Shown: piece after piece, positions 19,497 to 30,017 of the stretch
How the letters are laid out: the number at the start of each line of letters is the position of its first letter
Position numbering within the stretch: position 1 is the stretch's first letter
Source of the DNA: a bacterium
Lineage (GTDB): Bacteria > Zhuqueibacterota > Zhuqueibacteria > Residuimicrobiales > Krinioviventaceae
Direction of reading: 5' to 3'
Assembly: GCA_963675755.2 (NCBI GenBank)
Contig: CAXXMD010000003.1
Location: 416,001 to 480,000, forward strand
DNA: 64,000 nt
Made by a program: the position numbers and the translations under genes
Notes under the pieces: generated by a model
What the model was told of the DNA's origin: nothing
What the model saw: only the letters and a program-made list of their open reading frames with translations
Database searches by the model: none

Positions 19497-21680
19497 TTAA
19501 AACCAGTGACCTATACATAGATATCCCTGCAAATCCTTTTCACGGTTATTGGATGCAATTGTAAATATTACAGGACCCAAAGGTGTATCCATTCCATATG
19601 AAAGACTGCCACTCCAAATCCGGCTTCCGTTTGATAAAAGTTCCTGATATCGATCATGGAATATACCCGCAGCGATTCCGGCTGATATGTATTGCTGCGC
19701 AAAAATTTGAAACTGTAATTCCGTTCTTCCAATGATTAAATTCCTTGCAGCTATCTCCATATAATCTAAGCCGGCGAATGGAAACATGTAATTTTCATAA
19801 TGATGATACCCGCCAAAATAAAACAATTGTTCAACCGGTACCATATCTCCACTGTGATAGCCTGTTACCAACTCGTATCTAAAGGCAGCTCTGCTTGTCA
19901 ATTTCCTTGCCCGCTTTAAATCCAGAAAATAACGCGCAAATGATTTGTCTAATGCTACCGGATCGTTCAGCATATGAAAATATTTGCCTTCCGCATGCAA
20001 TACCATTCCGGATACAGGAAAAACATCGTGATCAAATGTATCTACATCCAGTTCTAAACTGGTATTAAAATAATCATGTGTAACATCTTTGACAGACTTT
20101 TCAGAAACCACACTGGGATCCAAAACGGTACGCTGACGCTGAAAATTCAATCCGATGGAGGAACAATTGGTCAATATCGTTTTCAATTGCAGATCGGTAG
20201 TCATATTGAATAAATCGTAACGGGCTACACGTACATGATCTACAAAATTATCAAAATCACTTTCTTTTGCCCGTGCATCCATACCAAATCCTACTGCAGG
20301 TCTGAAAATGGTATGATAAAAATAATTTACACCCAGTTCACGGTTATGACCCAGTTTATTGTCTATAGACAATTTTGAACCATGTCCCAGCAAATTCCGA
20401 AAGGTAGCGTTTAGCAATATAGTTGCATCATGACGATTAGAGTAATTCAATCCAAAATTCAGCATATTGGTTGTATTTTCTACAACATACAAAACGAGAT
20501 TGGTCCCGTCGGATGTTGACTTTAATTGATATGTTACACGTTCAAATAATTGCGTACCATACAATCTATTTACGGCGGTTTCTATCTCTTCAGGTGTAAT
20601 CCGTTTTGGGACATCCATTCCAATATTTGAGGTTACTACATATTCGGGCACCCTTGACAATCCCAATACTTTAACATCCACAATATCAACAAACTGGATC
20701 TCGCTTGCCGGTGCGGAGATTCTGACGGGATCATCATATTTTTTCAGAGAATCGGCAAGTGCAGTGAGCTGCGGCAAAAACTCGCGGGCTTTCATTTCTC
20801 CATAATGGATCAAAGAATCCGCTTTAAAAAAGTCAAAAATGGTATAACCTTCAATATTCGGATAAATATAAAGATCGCACATGGGTAATTGTTCATCACG
20901 CTTTGCAACCGTTTGAAAATTTATTGTCTGGTTCAATATTTCAAAAAAAGAATCCAGTTCTTTTTGGGGAAATAAGGGATTTGTAACATCCACCGCAATG
21001 ATATAATCCGCACCCATATCCACAGCTTCCTGAACCGGTAAATTCCGTACAATACCGCCATCCACCAGCATTTTGCCTTGTATGCGCACCGGTGTAAAGA
21101 CCGAAGGGATCGCCATACTCGCACGGATCGCTTCTGGTAAATATCCGGATTTAAAGACATAGGGTTTTCCGGTTTCAATGTCCGTTGCCACACATCGAAA
21201 CGGTCGGGGGAAATCATCAAAATCTTCAACATGATGCATAGACCATGTCAACCGGGATAGCATTGCAGATACTTTTTGCCCCGCCATCAAACCGGTTGGT
21301 AAACCAATCTTGGTTCCGTATATGGGAAATCCACCCACATATCGCGACAATTCTGCTTTTTCCTGAATGGAAATTTCATGTCGGGTAAGATTGTCATTAA
21401 AAAGGTCTACCCAATTCTGTTCAAGAATAATCTTTTCTATCATTTCAGCGTTATAGCCAATGGCATATAATCCGCCAATAATAGAGCCCATACTGGTGCC
21501 ACTCACAACATCTATGGGAATACCCGCCTCTTCAAGCACTTTGATCACACCAATATGTGCAAAACCCTTTGCTCCACCGCCACTCAAAACCAACCCCACC
21601 CTGGGGCGTTCGGTTTGGGCGAAAGCTAAAAATGGCCCTAAAAAAACGATTACAAACAACACAAAGAATTTGTTTTTCAT
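19497..21680 (-). CDS. Patatin-like phospholipase with POTRA and Omp85-type barrel (PlpD-like)
   Basis: GGGAKG, GTSMG and DGG motifs; POTRA-like segment; barrel ending TPLGP...IGHWF. Confidence 0.88.
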   Translation of the reverse strand: MKNKFFVLFVIVFLGPFLAFAQTERPRVGLVLSGGGAKGFAHIGVIKVLEEAGIPIDVVSGTSMGSIIGGLYAIGYNAEMIEKIILEQNWVDLFNDNLTRHEISIQEKAELSRYVGGFPIYGTKIGLPTGLMAGQKVSAMLSRLTWSMHHVEDFDDFPRPFRCVATDIETGKPYVFKSGYLPEAIRASMAIPSVFTPVRIQGKMLVDGGIVRNLPVQEAVDMGADYIIAVDVTNPLFPQKELDSFFEILNQTINFQTVAKRDEQLPMCDLYIYPNIEGYTIFDFFKADSLIHYGEMKAREFLPQLTALADSLKKYDDPVRISAPASEIQFVDIVDVKVLGLSRVPEYVVTSNIGMDVPKRITPEEIETAVNRLYGTQLFERVTYQLKSTSDGTNLVLYVVENTTNMLNFGLNYSNRHDATILLNATFRNLLGHGSKLSIDNKLGHNRELGVNYFYHTIFRPAVGFGMDARAKESDFDNFVDHVRVARYDLFNMTTDLQLKTILTNCSSIGLNFQRQRTVLDPSVVSEKSVKDVTHDYFNTSLELDVDTFDHDVFPVSGMVLHAEGKYFHMLNDPVALDKSFARYFLDLKRARKLTSRAAFRYELVTGYHSGDMVPVEQLFYFGGYHHYENYMFPFAGLDYMEIAARNLIIGRTELQFQIFAQQYISAGIAAGIFHDRYQELLSNGSRIWSGSLSYGMDTPLGPVIFTIASNNREKDLQGYLCIGHWF

Positions 21681-21827
21681 ACTCTCCCCGGAATTTTGAT
21701 AAATTATACAACCAATTTATCAGATTATCAAGCATGTTTTGAAAAATTTTAAATTAATCTACATGTTTTTTCATATAAATTATTATTTTAAATCTATTAT
21801 TGAATTCATTCAATCTATGAGAAAATT

Positions 21828-23318
21828 ATGAAGCAGATATTTGGATTTCTTGTTTTATTTCTCCTTCTGTTCCTCTGTAACCTCTATGCAGCAGACAGGC
21901 CGCAATGGGGCGAGCAATACTCACGCAATATGGTATCACAGGAAACCAATTTGCCGGATCAGTTTGATCCCCTAACGGGTAAAAATATAAAATGGAAAGC
22001 CAAACTCGGCAAACAAACCTACTCTACACCTGTAGTTAGTGGCGGCAAGATATTCATTGGTACCAACAATGAATATCCTCGCGATCCCCGGCATACCGGA
22101 GACAAGAGCATTCTGCTTTGCCTTGACGAAAAAGACGGCAGCCTGCTTTGGCAACTGGTTGTTCCCAAATTACCGTATGATATCTATTGGGACTGGCCCG
22201 GTGGCGGCATCAGCTCACCTGCCACAGTAGAAGGAGACAAGGTCTATCTGGTCAGCAGTCGTGGTGAGGTACTCTGCATGGATATTCATGGACAGGCTAA
22301 TGGTAATGACGGTCCATACAAAGACGAAGCATCTTTTGTTGTACCGAAAGGGACTGCACCCATACCACCGGGACCCAAAGATGCAGACATTCTCTGGATG
22401 TATGATATGGTGCATGAACAAAACATCCGTCAACATGATGCTGCTCACAGCTCCATCCTCATCAAAGGCGATTATCTATATATAAATACCAGCAATGGCG
22501 TAGACAATACCCATGCAGTCATCCGCTCACCACAGGCGCCCAGCCTGATCGTGCTGGACAAACGAACAGGCAAGCTTGCAGCCAGAGACAACGAAGGCAT
22601 AGGGCCGCGAATTTTCCACAGCACCTGGTCATCTCCTGCGCTGGGTAACATTAATGGTCAAAACCAGCTATTTTTCGGTGGCGGCGATGGCCTTCTTTAC
22701 GCATTCAAAGAAATTGCAGCATCTTCTTCAACTCCCGCAACACTTGAAAAAATATGGTGGTACGATGGAGATCCTACCGCTCCCAAAGACAGTGTGCACA
22801 AGTATCTGAAAAACCGCAATATAAGTCCCAGCAACATTAAAAGCATGCCGGTGTTTTACAATAACAAAATCTATCTCACACTGGGCGGTGATATCTGGTG
22901 GGGCAAAAACCAATCCTGGATCCATTGCATAGATGCGACCGGCCAGGGAGATGTAACAACATCCGCGCAACGCTGGTCTGTTGAGCTCGGTAAACACTGC
23001 TGCTCCACTCCGTCTATTTACAACGGATTGGTATTCGTTGCCGATTGCAGCCGCTATGTTTACTGCCTGGATGCGGAAACCGGGAAACTACACTGGAAGC
23101 ATAAAACAGATGGTGACATGTGGGGATCAACTTTGGTTGCAGATAATAAAGTCTATATTGGAAACCGGCGCGGCAGCGTATGGGTATTTGCCGCAGATAA
23201 AAACAAAAAGGTCATTCATACAGCAGAATTTGACAGTGATATTAATCCCTCTCCGGTTGCCGCAAACGGAACACTTTATATAGCCACCATGGAGTATCTG
23301 TACGCAATCGCAGAATAG
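21828..23318 (+). CDS. PQQ-binding-like beta-propeller protein
   Basis: Signal peptide; repeats STPVVSGGKIFIG, SSPA, LDAETGKLHW, SPVAANGTLYI. Confidence 0.85.
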   Translation: MKQIFGFLVLFLLLFLCNLYAADRPQWGEQYSRNMVSQETNLPDQFDPLTGKNIKWKAKLGKQTYSTPVVSGGKIFIGTNNEYPRDPRHTGDKSILLCLDEKDGSLLWQLVVPKLPYDIYWDWPGGGISSPATVEGDKVYLVSSRGEVLCMDIHGQANGNDGPYKDEASFVVPKGTAPIPPGPKDADILWMYDMVHEQNIRQHDAAHSSILIKGDYLYINTSNGVDNTHAVIRSPQAPSLIVLDKRTGKLAARDNEGIGPRIFHSTWSSPALGNINGQNQLFFGGGDGLLYAFKEIAASSSTPATLEKIWWYDGDPTAPKDSVHKYLKNRNISPSNIKSMPVFYNNKIYLTLGGDIWWGKNQSWIHCIDATGQGDVTTSAQRWSVELGKHCCSTPSIYNGLVFVADCSRYVYCLDAETGKLHWKHKTDGDMWGSTLVADNKVYIGNRRGSVWVFAADKNKKVIHTAEFDSDINPSPVAANGTLYIATMEYLYAIAE

Positions 23319-23582
23319 CAGATACTTCCGGGGGGATTTTAATAACAGATCAACAGAAATTCACGCCTTGTTACATGTTTTAAGATATGTACATACAAAC
23401 CAATGATTTTTTCAAAACCAATAATACAAATACGTTTACAATCAAGATTTCATCTCTAATATTCGTGCTCAAGTCTAATTTTGAGAAAAATACCCACTTC
23501 CGAAACAAAAAAAATGCATTTTTTTACACTTTTTTACATGTTTTTAAAATAAAGTTGTAACTTTTTAAAATTTTATTCGTTA

Positions 23583-23606
23583 TATTAGTAGTACGAACTA
23601 CTAATA
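23583..23606. promoter_or_regulatory. Perfect 10-bp inverted repeat, candidate TrmB operator
   Basis: TATTAGTAGT-ACGA-ACTACTAATA, 13 bp upstream of the TrmB ATG. Confidence 0.65.
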
Positions 23607-23619
23607 CGAGGCGCAGTGC

Positions 23620-24510
23620 ATGGATCAGGAAACAGGCATAGTATCATTAATGGATCTGGGTTTTACCCGATTGGAAGCGGAAATATACACCTTTTTGGTG
23701 CAGAATCCGCCTTCTACCGGCTACCGGATCGCGCAGGCAATAGGCAAGCCTGCAGCTAATGTATACAAAGCCTTACAAACCCTGGAACTCAAGGGCGCTT
23801 TACTGATCGATGAATCAGAAAATCGCATGTGCCGCGCTATAGAATATACAGAATTGCTGGACCGTATGGAACGGCAGTTCACAGACAGTAAGAACAAAGC
23901 TTCGGCCTCTTTGGCATCTTTGAGAACAGAAGATAATGATGATCGGGTGTATCAGGTCAAAACCCGCGAACAGGTACTTGAACGCTGTCGCAACATGCTG
24001 GAAACAGTTCAGGAAATCATCATTATTGATGCATATCCGGAAATGCTGGAGATGCTAAAACCGGATATAAACAAAGCAATCAAACGCGGCGTCAATGTGG
24101 CTGTCAACGCGTACCAGCCCGTTTCCATTCCGGGAGTAGAACTGTTTGACCGCCCCGATGGTGAGCGCTTTATGCGACGCTGGCCGGGATACTGGATCAA
24201 TATTATCAAAGACGGTGAAGAATACATTATCGCATTTTTCGACCGCAAAGGCGAGGTTGTTCAGGCTGTCTGGAGCAGCAGTCCCTATTTATCATGGGTT
24301 TATTATTCTGCGCTGCTCTCTGAACTGCAGCTGGTTGCCTTGAAAAACAATATACTCAGAGGCACAGATTGCAGTAAATTGCTAGAGATCATTGACAATT
24401 ATGATAAATTTTTCACACTCGAGGCATTGGGTTATAAAAAACTGAAAAAACGATTTGCTGAAATTGCGGGCGTTGACCCGGATATTGATAACAGCATTTA
24501 CACATACTGA
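23620..24510 (+). CDS. TrmB-family transcriptional regulator
   Basis: LMDLGFTRLEAEIY...TGYRIAQAIGKPAANVYKALQTLELKG wHTH plus effector-binding-like domain. Confidence 0.85.
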   Translation: MDQETGIVSLMDLGFTRLEAEIYTFLVQNPPSTGYRIAQAIGKPAANVYKALQTLELKGALLIDESENRMCRAIEYTELLDRMERQFTDSKNKASASLASLRTEDNDDRVYQVKTREQVLERCRNMLETVQEIIIIDAYPEMLEMLKPDINKAIKRGVNVAVNAYQPVSIPGVELFDRPDGERFMRRWPGYWINIIKDGEEYIIAFFDRKGEVVQAVWSSSPYLSWVYYSALLSELQLVALKNNILRGTDCSKLLEIIDNYDKFFTLEALGYKKLKKRFAEIAGVDPDIDNSIYTY

Positions 24511-24550
24511 ATTTAACACCAACAAAAAAATCACACAACTCTACCAACAA

Positions 24551-24596
24551 GCGGCTTCCCGGTAAAATCACACAACCGGGGAGCCGTTTTGCTTTT
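24551..24596 (+). terminator. Intrinsic terminator after TrmB gene
   Basis: CGGCTTCCCGGT...ACCGGGGAGCCG followed by TTTTGCTTTT. Confidence 0.65.
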
Positions 24597-24844
24597 CAAG
24601 CCTGTTATAGAACACGAATCACACAAAAACAAAAATATGCACATCTTTTATTCGTGATCATCCGAATCATTCGTGTTATCTATGTTCTATTGTATAAACT
24701 TTTGAAATCCGCTTTTATCGTAATAAATTATACAATGAAAAAAAATCTACACTTTTATTCATAAAAATCCGTAAATTATCAGTCTGTAATTGTTATGAAA
24801 GAAACCGGCAAGTCCGGTAGACATAAAGGAGTTAATATTATATT

Positions 24845-26683
24845 ATGCGTAAAAATGATTTTAGAAATGTAGCTATTATCGCTCACGTTGACCATGGTAA
24901 AACCACCCTGGTAGACGGCATGTTGAAACAAAGCGGTATCTTTCACGAAAAACAAGAAGTTGCCGACAGAGTCATGGATTCCATGGACCTTGAACGTGAG
25001 CGTGGTATCACTATTATGGCTAAAAACACTGCCATCTGGTATAATGACATAAAGATCAATATTGTAGATACCCCCGGTCACGCCGACTTTGGCGGTGAGG
25101 TGGAGCGTAGCTTGAATCTGGTTGACGGCGCTATCCTGCTGGTGGATGCCAGCGAAGGCCCCCTGCCACAGACCCGTTTTGTAGTTAAAAAAGCCCTGGC
25201 CAAAAAATTGCCCATCATCCTGGTGATTAACAAGATCGACCGTCCCGATTCCCGTATTCAGGATGTGATCAACGAAGTGTATGACCTGTTCATCGATCTG
25301 GACGCCACTGAGGAACAGATCGAATTCCCCATTCTCTACACCAACGCCAAAGCAGGTGTCGCACATCTCGACCTTGAAGATGGCTCTGAAAACCTCAAAC
25401 CCATGTTTGAAACCATCGTCAAAAATGTTCCAGGACCCAAAGCAGACGATAACGCCATTCCGCAATTGCTGGTCACCAACCTGGATTACGACTCTTTTGT
25501 AGGTCAAATTGCCGTAGGCCGTTTGGAAAACGGTACTCTGGAAATGAACAAGCAATACACGCTGTGCGGCGAGCATGAGAACCGTACCGGTATTAAATTC
25601 TCTGCCTTGTATACCTTTCAAAATCTGGGCAAGAAAAAAGTGGACAAGGTGGTTGCAGGCGATATTATTGCCCTGGCCGGTGTTGATGGAATTCGCATTG
25701 GTGATACCATTTCCGATCTGGAAAATCCACAGCCAATGGAACGTATCCATGTGGATGAACCCACCGTATCCATGGTATTTTACGTTAACAACAGTCCCTT
25801 TGCCGGCAAGGAAGGCAAGTTCCTGACATCACGTCACATCAAAGAACGCCTGGACAAGGAAACACTTGGTAACGTGGCTATTGATGTTGAAGAAATGGAA
25901 CGTACCGATGCATTCAATGTTATGGGTCGTGGTGAGCTGCAAATGGCCGTATTGATTGAAACCATGCGTCGTGAAGGTTACGAATTTGCCGTTTCCAAAC
26001 CACAGGTTATTACCAAAGAAATTGATGACAAAACACACGAACCCGTAGAGCACGTTTTTATCGATGTGCCGGAAGAATATGTGGGTGTAGTTACTGAAAA
26101 ATTGTCTAAACGCAGGGGCAAGCTCAACAATCTGGTGAATCACGGGCACGGACGTGTGAATCTCGAATTTCTCATCCCCTCACGCGGTCTTATTGGCTTT
26201 CGCAGCCACTTTTTGACAGACACAAAAGGATCAGGCGTGATGAACTCGATCTTTCACGGATACGCACCCTGGTTTGGCGCCATTCCCCAGCGCGCGAGCG
26301 GCGCACTGGTAGCCGACCGCCCCGGACGTGTAAATACTTATGCCAGCCTTGCCATGGTAGACCGCGGAGAGCTGTTTATTGAAGTGGGTACCGAAGTATA
26401 TGAAGGCATGATCATTGGTGAACGCAACCGCAGCGAAGACCTGGATGTCAATATTACCAAAGAAAAGAAACTCACCAACATGCGTAGTTCAACATCCGAA
26501 GCCACTGTAACTTTGCGTCCCCCGCGTATGCTCAGCCTGGACCAGTGTATCGAATTTATTGCAGAAGATGAAGTGGTTGAAGTTACCCCCCAAAGTATCC
26601 GCATGAGCAAAATGGAACGCGACAAACAAAAACGCGCGTCAATCCGTAAAAAAGAAAAATGGGCTAACAACATGGAAGAATAA
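24845..26683 (+). CDS. typA: Translational GTPase TypA/BipA
   Basis: [46 protein letters not shown]. Confidence 0.98.
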   Translation: MRKNDFRNVAIIAHVDHGKTTLVDGMLKQSGIFHEKQEVADRVMDSMDLERERGITIMAKNTAIWYNDIKINIVDTPGHADFGGEVERSLNLVDGAILLVDASEGPLPQTRFVVKKALAKKLPIILVINKIDRPDSRIQDVINEVYDLFIDLDATEEQIEFPILYTNAKAGVAHLDLEDGSENLKPMFETIVKNVPGPKADDNAIPQLLVTNLDYDSFVGQIAVGRLENGTLEMNKQYTLCGEHENRTGIKFSALYTFQNLGKKKVDKVVAGDIIALAGVDGIRIGDTISDLENPQPMERIHVDEPTVSMVFYVNNSPFAGKEGKFLTSRHIKERLDKETLGNVAIDVEEMERTDAFNVMGRGELQMAVLIETMRREGYEFAVSKPQVITKEIDDKTHEPVEHVFIDVPEEYVGVVTEKLSKRRGKLNNLVNHGHGRVNLEFLIPSRGLIGFRSHFLTDTKGSGVMNSIFHGYAPWFGAIPQRASGALVADRPGRVNTYASLAMVDRGELFIEVGTEVYEGMIIGERNRSEDLDVNITKEKKLTNMRSSTSEATVTLRPPRMLSLDQCIEFIAEDEVVEVTPQSIRMSKMERDKQKRASIRKKEKWANNMEE

Positions 26684-26726
26684 GCTTTTGCGAGATGACA
26701 AACGTTAGATAAAGTATAAATTCTTG

Positions 26727-26764
26727 AATACCCGGGAGGTCCATGACTCTCGGGTATTTTTTTT
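26727..26764 (+). terminator. Intrinsic terminator after typA
   Basis: AATACCCGGGAG...CTCTCGGGTATT followed by a T run. Confidence 0.75.
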
Positions 26765-26860
26765 GATCCCACTCCCGAAAATTCTTTACATACCTACCCT
26801 GACTTTTACTCATCCTCACCTTGTTATTGATTCTCTATAAATTATTTTGTATACTAGAAT

Positions 26861-27058
26861 ATGGAGAAATTTAAATTAGACAAATCCTCATTTTCAATTG
26901 CTTCCATTCATGATCAGGGCAATGATAAAGCGTATTGGCAATCGAAAACGCCCCTGGAAAGACTGGAAGCCCTGGAATTGATGAGACAGGTGCTTTATGG
27001 CTACGATCCGGCCACCCTCAGACTCGAAAGAGTTCTTGAGATTGTTGAACGAAAATAA
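26861..27058 (+). CDS. Small conserved hypothetical protein (antitoxin-like, YWxSKTPxERLEA family)
   Basis: 65 aa, DKAYWQSKTPLERLEALELMRQ...RLERVLEIV; TTGATT-17-TATACT ends 5 nt before ATG (leaderless). Confidence 0.65.
   Translation: MEKFKLDKSSFSIASIHDQGNDKAYWQSKTPLERLEALELMRQVLYGYDPATLRLERVLEIVERK
26998..27052 (+). repeat. 55-bp direct repeat, left copy (3' end of the 65-aa gene)
   Basis: TGGCTACGATCCG...GAGATTGTTGAACGA; 51/55 identical to 27753-27807. Confidence 0.9.
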
Positions 27059-27159
27059 TGTCAGATAGTGGATTTTGAAAACGGTTATAAAATTAAAATC
27101 ATGGGGACCCGCAAGTTAACTAAAAGCCCAACGGGATATAATAAAAAAGATCGTAAATA

Positions 27160-27399
27160 TCAGCGACTCAATTTCTGTTTTTCAACATATTCATCCAACA
27201 GGTTTCGTATCATCTTTTGATATTGTGTACTGTGTTTTTGCGCAATTTCTTTGAAAAAATCGACACTACTTTTACTCAAAGATATTGTAATTTTCACAGT
27301 TTCTTCTTTAAAAGCCAGTTCTTCCGGTGACGGAAGAAAATCTGTCACAACCTGCACATTATCCATTGGCTCATCAGTATATTTTATTTTCTTTTTCAT
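27160..27399 (-). CDS. BrnA/CopG-like antitoxin
   Basis: DFLPSPEEL...VKITISLS...VDFFK...YQKMIRNLLDEY RHH-type C terminus; overlaps toxin stop. Confidence 0.85.
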   Translation of the reverse strand: MKKKIKYTDEPMDNVQVVTDFLPSPEELAFKEETVKITISLSKSSVDFFKEIAQKHSTQYQKMIRNLLDEYVEKQKLSR

Positions 27400-27664
27400 A
27401 TATTTTTTTACCCTTTCTCCAATACCCAGCCCCAAATATTCGGATTTTGTTATTACGATATGTAAAACGAACAGTCAAGATACCGTCATTCACTTTTCCG
27501 ATACAATAAAACCTGTCTTCATCAAGACTATGATTCAAATCTCTTAGAATGACACGATCATGATCAGAAAAAGCATATTGGGCCTGTAAAAAGGTTACTC
27601 CATGCTTTAGTATATTCTCTTTATTTTTAACATCATCCCATTCAAAACTAGATGATTTATTCAT
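27374..27664 (-). CDS. BrnT-family ribonuclease toxin
   Basis: FEWDDVKNKENILKHGVTF...EDRFYCIG...ILTVRFTYR..KIRIFGAGYWRKG; TTGCTT-17-TATAAT just upstream (leaderless). Confidence 0.9.
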   Translation of the reverse strand: MNKSSSFEWDDVKNKENILKHGVTFLQAQYAFSDHDRVILRDLNHSLDEDRFYCIGKVNDGILTVRFTYRNNKIRIFGAGYWRKGKKIYEKENKIY

Positions 27665-27752
27665 ATCTTTATTATACCTATTGTCAATATAAAAAGCAAT
27701 AATTTTATATGGCTATTTGTAAATATCATTCACTTGAACATTATAAATCAGG

Positions 27753-27807
27753 TGGCTACGATCCGACTAACCTCAGACTCGAAAGCGTTCTTGAGATTGT
27801 TGAACGA
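27753..27807 (+). repeat. 55-bp direct repeat, right copy
   Basis: Matches 26998-27052 with 4 mismatches. Confidence 0.9.
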
Positions 27808-27815
27808 TAACAGTT

Positions 27816-28754
27816 CTAAAAATCATTCCCCGTCACTAAATCTATCTCATATACATATTCCCCGGTTTCCATTGCTGTATCATAAAAATACCGGGGATAA
27901 TAGGACGTATTCAATGTATCTTTAATCATAATATAAGCATCACCTTCGACAACAATTCCATCGTCAGTTATGTCAGACAGCTTTAGTTCTAATGGCCAGA
28001 GCATCCCTTCTTTCGGATTATAGATATTAATATAAAATGTATCCAAATCCGAATAAGAAAACGCGTATCCCCCACTGCCTACAAGTTGATAGATTAATCC
28101 ATCTTGGAAATATTTTACATTATCATCAAGCTGATGCTTTTCTTTTAAAAAATTAAACACCTCTTCATCAACACCTACGCTTTTATTAAGGTAATCTGAC
28201 AAGCTGATTTTGTCACCAAAGGGCCATTCTTCCAATATGGCTTTTGAACGAATGGTCACATTTCCCATATCAACACTGTTCGTTAACGTATTTATATACT
28301 CATCCAAATACCCAAAAATATTTCTCAATTTTACTTTTACAGTCGTATCAGACATGACATAATTTATATAATGAGTAGATAAATATATTGAATTTGATCT
28401 GGTGGCAGATTCAAATTCAAGCCTCACATTAATACCATCCATTATTTGCTGATCAGGCATATATAGAGAATCTAGCTCAAAAAAGTCGTTTTCAACAAAC
28501 AACTCGTAAATCCCTAAAAGACTTTGGTCATCCATTTCACTTTTAATATTGTAGGATCTCCCGGTGTACTTCACTTCCTTGTCTTCAAATATCCACAGGG
28601 TTTTGTTCATCCCTCCAAAGCCGCCTGAGATATTGTATACAAGATTATAATTTTCATAGATATTGGGTTCGGTTGCTGAATACTCTTTGCAATTCAAGAA
28701 CACAAAGGACATAAAAACAGAGAACAGCACAACACATTGTTTTAAAAACTGCAT
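27816..28754 (-). CDS. Hypothetical lipoprotein
   Basis: Hydrophobic leader ending FLNC; SGGFGG motif; GGGGAGG RBS. Confidence 0.65.
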   Translation of the reverse strand: MQFLKQCVVLFSVFMSFVFLNCKEYSATEPNIYENYNLVYNISGGFGGMNKTLWIFEDKEVKYTGRSYNIKSEMDDQSLLGIYELFVENDFFELDSLYMPDQQIMDGINVRLEFESATRSNSIYLSTHYINYVMSDTTVKVKLRNIFGYLDEYINTLTNSVDMGNVTIRSKAILEEWPFGDKISLSDYLNKSVGVDEEVFNFLKEKHQLDDNVKYFQDGLIYQLVGSGGYAFSYSDLDTFYINIYNPKEGMLWPLELKLSDITDDGIVVEGDAYIMIKDTLNTSYYPRYFYDTAMETGEYVYEIDLVTGNDF

Positions 28755-28888
28755 ACTTGCCTCCCCATAATTTCAATATTTATATTATCTTGATTTTAAA
28801 AGTCAGAATCCCGCCCCTGAAATCCCCATATCGTTTTCATTGCAATAATTAAATAACAATATTCTCACCCATAAATGCAAGAAAATTA

Positions 28889-29557
28889 TTAAAGCCCTAC
28901 TATCAGGCTTATCGTATGCAGCCCCATATTAAACTCGATCGCGTCCGGTTGGCGCAACGTGCTGTGTGTATATCGTAAACCGATGGACATATCCAGCACA
29001 TTCCAATCCAACCCGCAAATATATCCCACGGTAGAACTGTCCAGAATTGGTTTTACAATTCCCGGATCTTCGATGGTCCTCACATCAACATGCCCATGAT
29101 AATAGCCATCGGATTCGTATGGATCAAAAATAGTTTTATGTGATTTGCTTGTAACATTATCGTACACACCAAACATGAGCGAGGGCCCCATATAGAATTT
29201 TAATCGGGAGCAGGTATAAGGGACTGGTAATTTTATCATCAACGGAATTTGAACAAATACCTGTTCTACTTTAAAATCTGCGAGTCTCACATATCCCGGA
29301 TAGCTTGACCTGATTTTATTCCACATTTCTGTTTGCCGATAGACCAGGTTGATCTCTGATTCAAGCTTGAGAGACCTGCTCAGCCCCCACTCTGCTCCCC
29401 AACCCAGCACATATCCCAGTGGCTGAGATGTACCCGCCGCATCGATTTTTGAATAATTGACACCCACACTAACACCCAGCGATTTTGCTCCGGACGTGTT
29501 AGGAATCAGCAAAAAGCACAAACATAAAAAGAAAATACAACGTTTAACTTTTATCAT
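28889..29557 (-). CDS. Outer-membrane beta-barrel (porin-family) protein
   Basis: Signal peptide, GVSVGVNYS, VQIPLMIK, FYMGPS, IGLRYT strand pattern; start moved to ATG 29557. Confidence 0.7.
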   Translation of the reverse strand: MIKVKRCIFFLCLCFLLIPNTSGAKSLGVSVGVNYSKIDAAGTSQPLGYVLGWGAEWGLSRSLKLESEINLVYRQTEMWNKIRSSYPGYVRLADFKVEQVFVQIPLMIKLPVPYTCSRLKFYMGPSLMFGVYDNVTSKSHKTIFDPYESDGYYHGHVDVRTIEDPGIVKPILDSSTVGYICGLDWNVLDMSIGLRYTHSTLRQPDAIEFNMGLHTISLIVGL

Positions 29558-30017
29558 GGCATCCCCAAAAGTTGAAATAGATATGTTTCCCCGTTTCATA
29601 ATATAAACGCGTATCGTAATAAATGCAACAATAATTCTGATTGAAAATCAATAAACCTAGAGCAGATGAACGGGAAAAATCCATCAAAATCCTTTTCTGT
29701 TTTGTAACTTTTTCATATATTTGCGTATATTGTATCTCAATGGGATGATACACTATCATTCAAACCATAATCAATTTTTGGAACAATTTTCGCCTTTATG
29801 ACTACATCTATAAATGCAGATTAACACATATTTGATCAACCAGTAATACTGTTGAAAACAGTGTTGTATTGGGGCGGTTTTCATTTATGAGAGCCATATA
29901 AACGTATGGCTATACCCAAAATCTGTTGGATGTATAACACCCCCTTTTCAAGTATTTCCAACAAAATCATAAACCATAATTCACTGTAATTACTGAACAG
30001 CACAGGAGAAATGTGCC

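Noticed and set aside
24779-25750. 323-aa minus-strand ORF
   Set aside because: Antisense shadow of typA; the other short overlapping ORFs in the track were dismissed likewise.
27734-27925. 63-aa ORF over the right direct repeat
   Set aside because: TTG start, out of frame with the duplicated gene end and overlapping the convergent lipoprotein gene.
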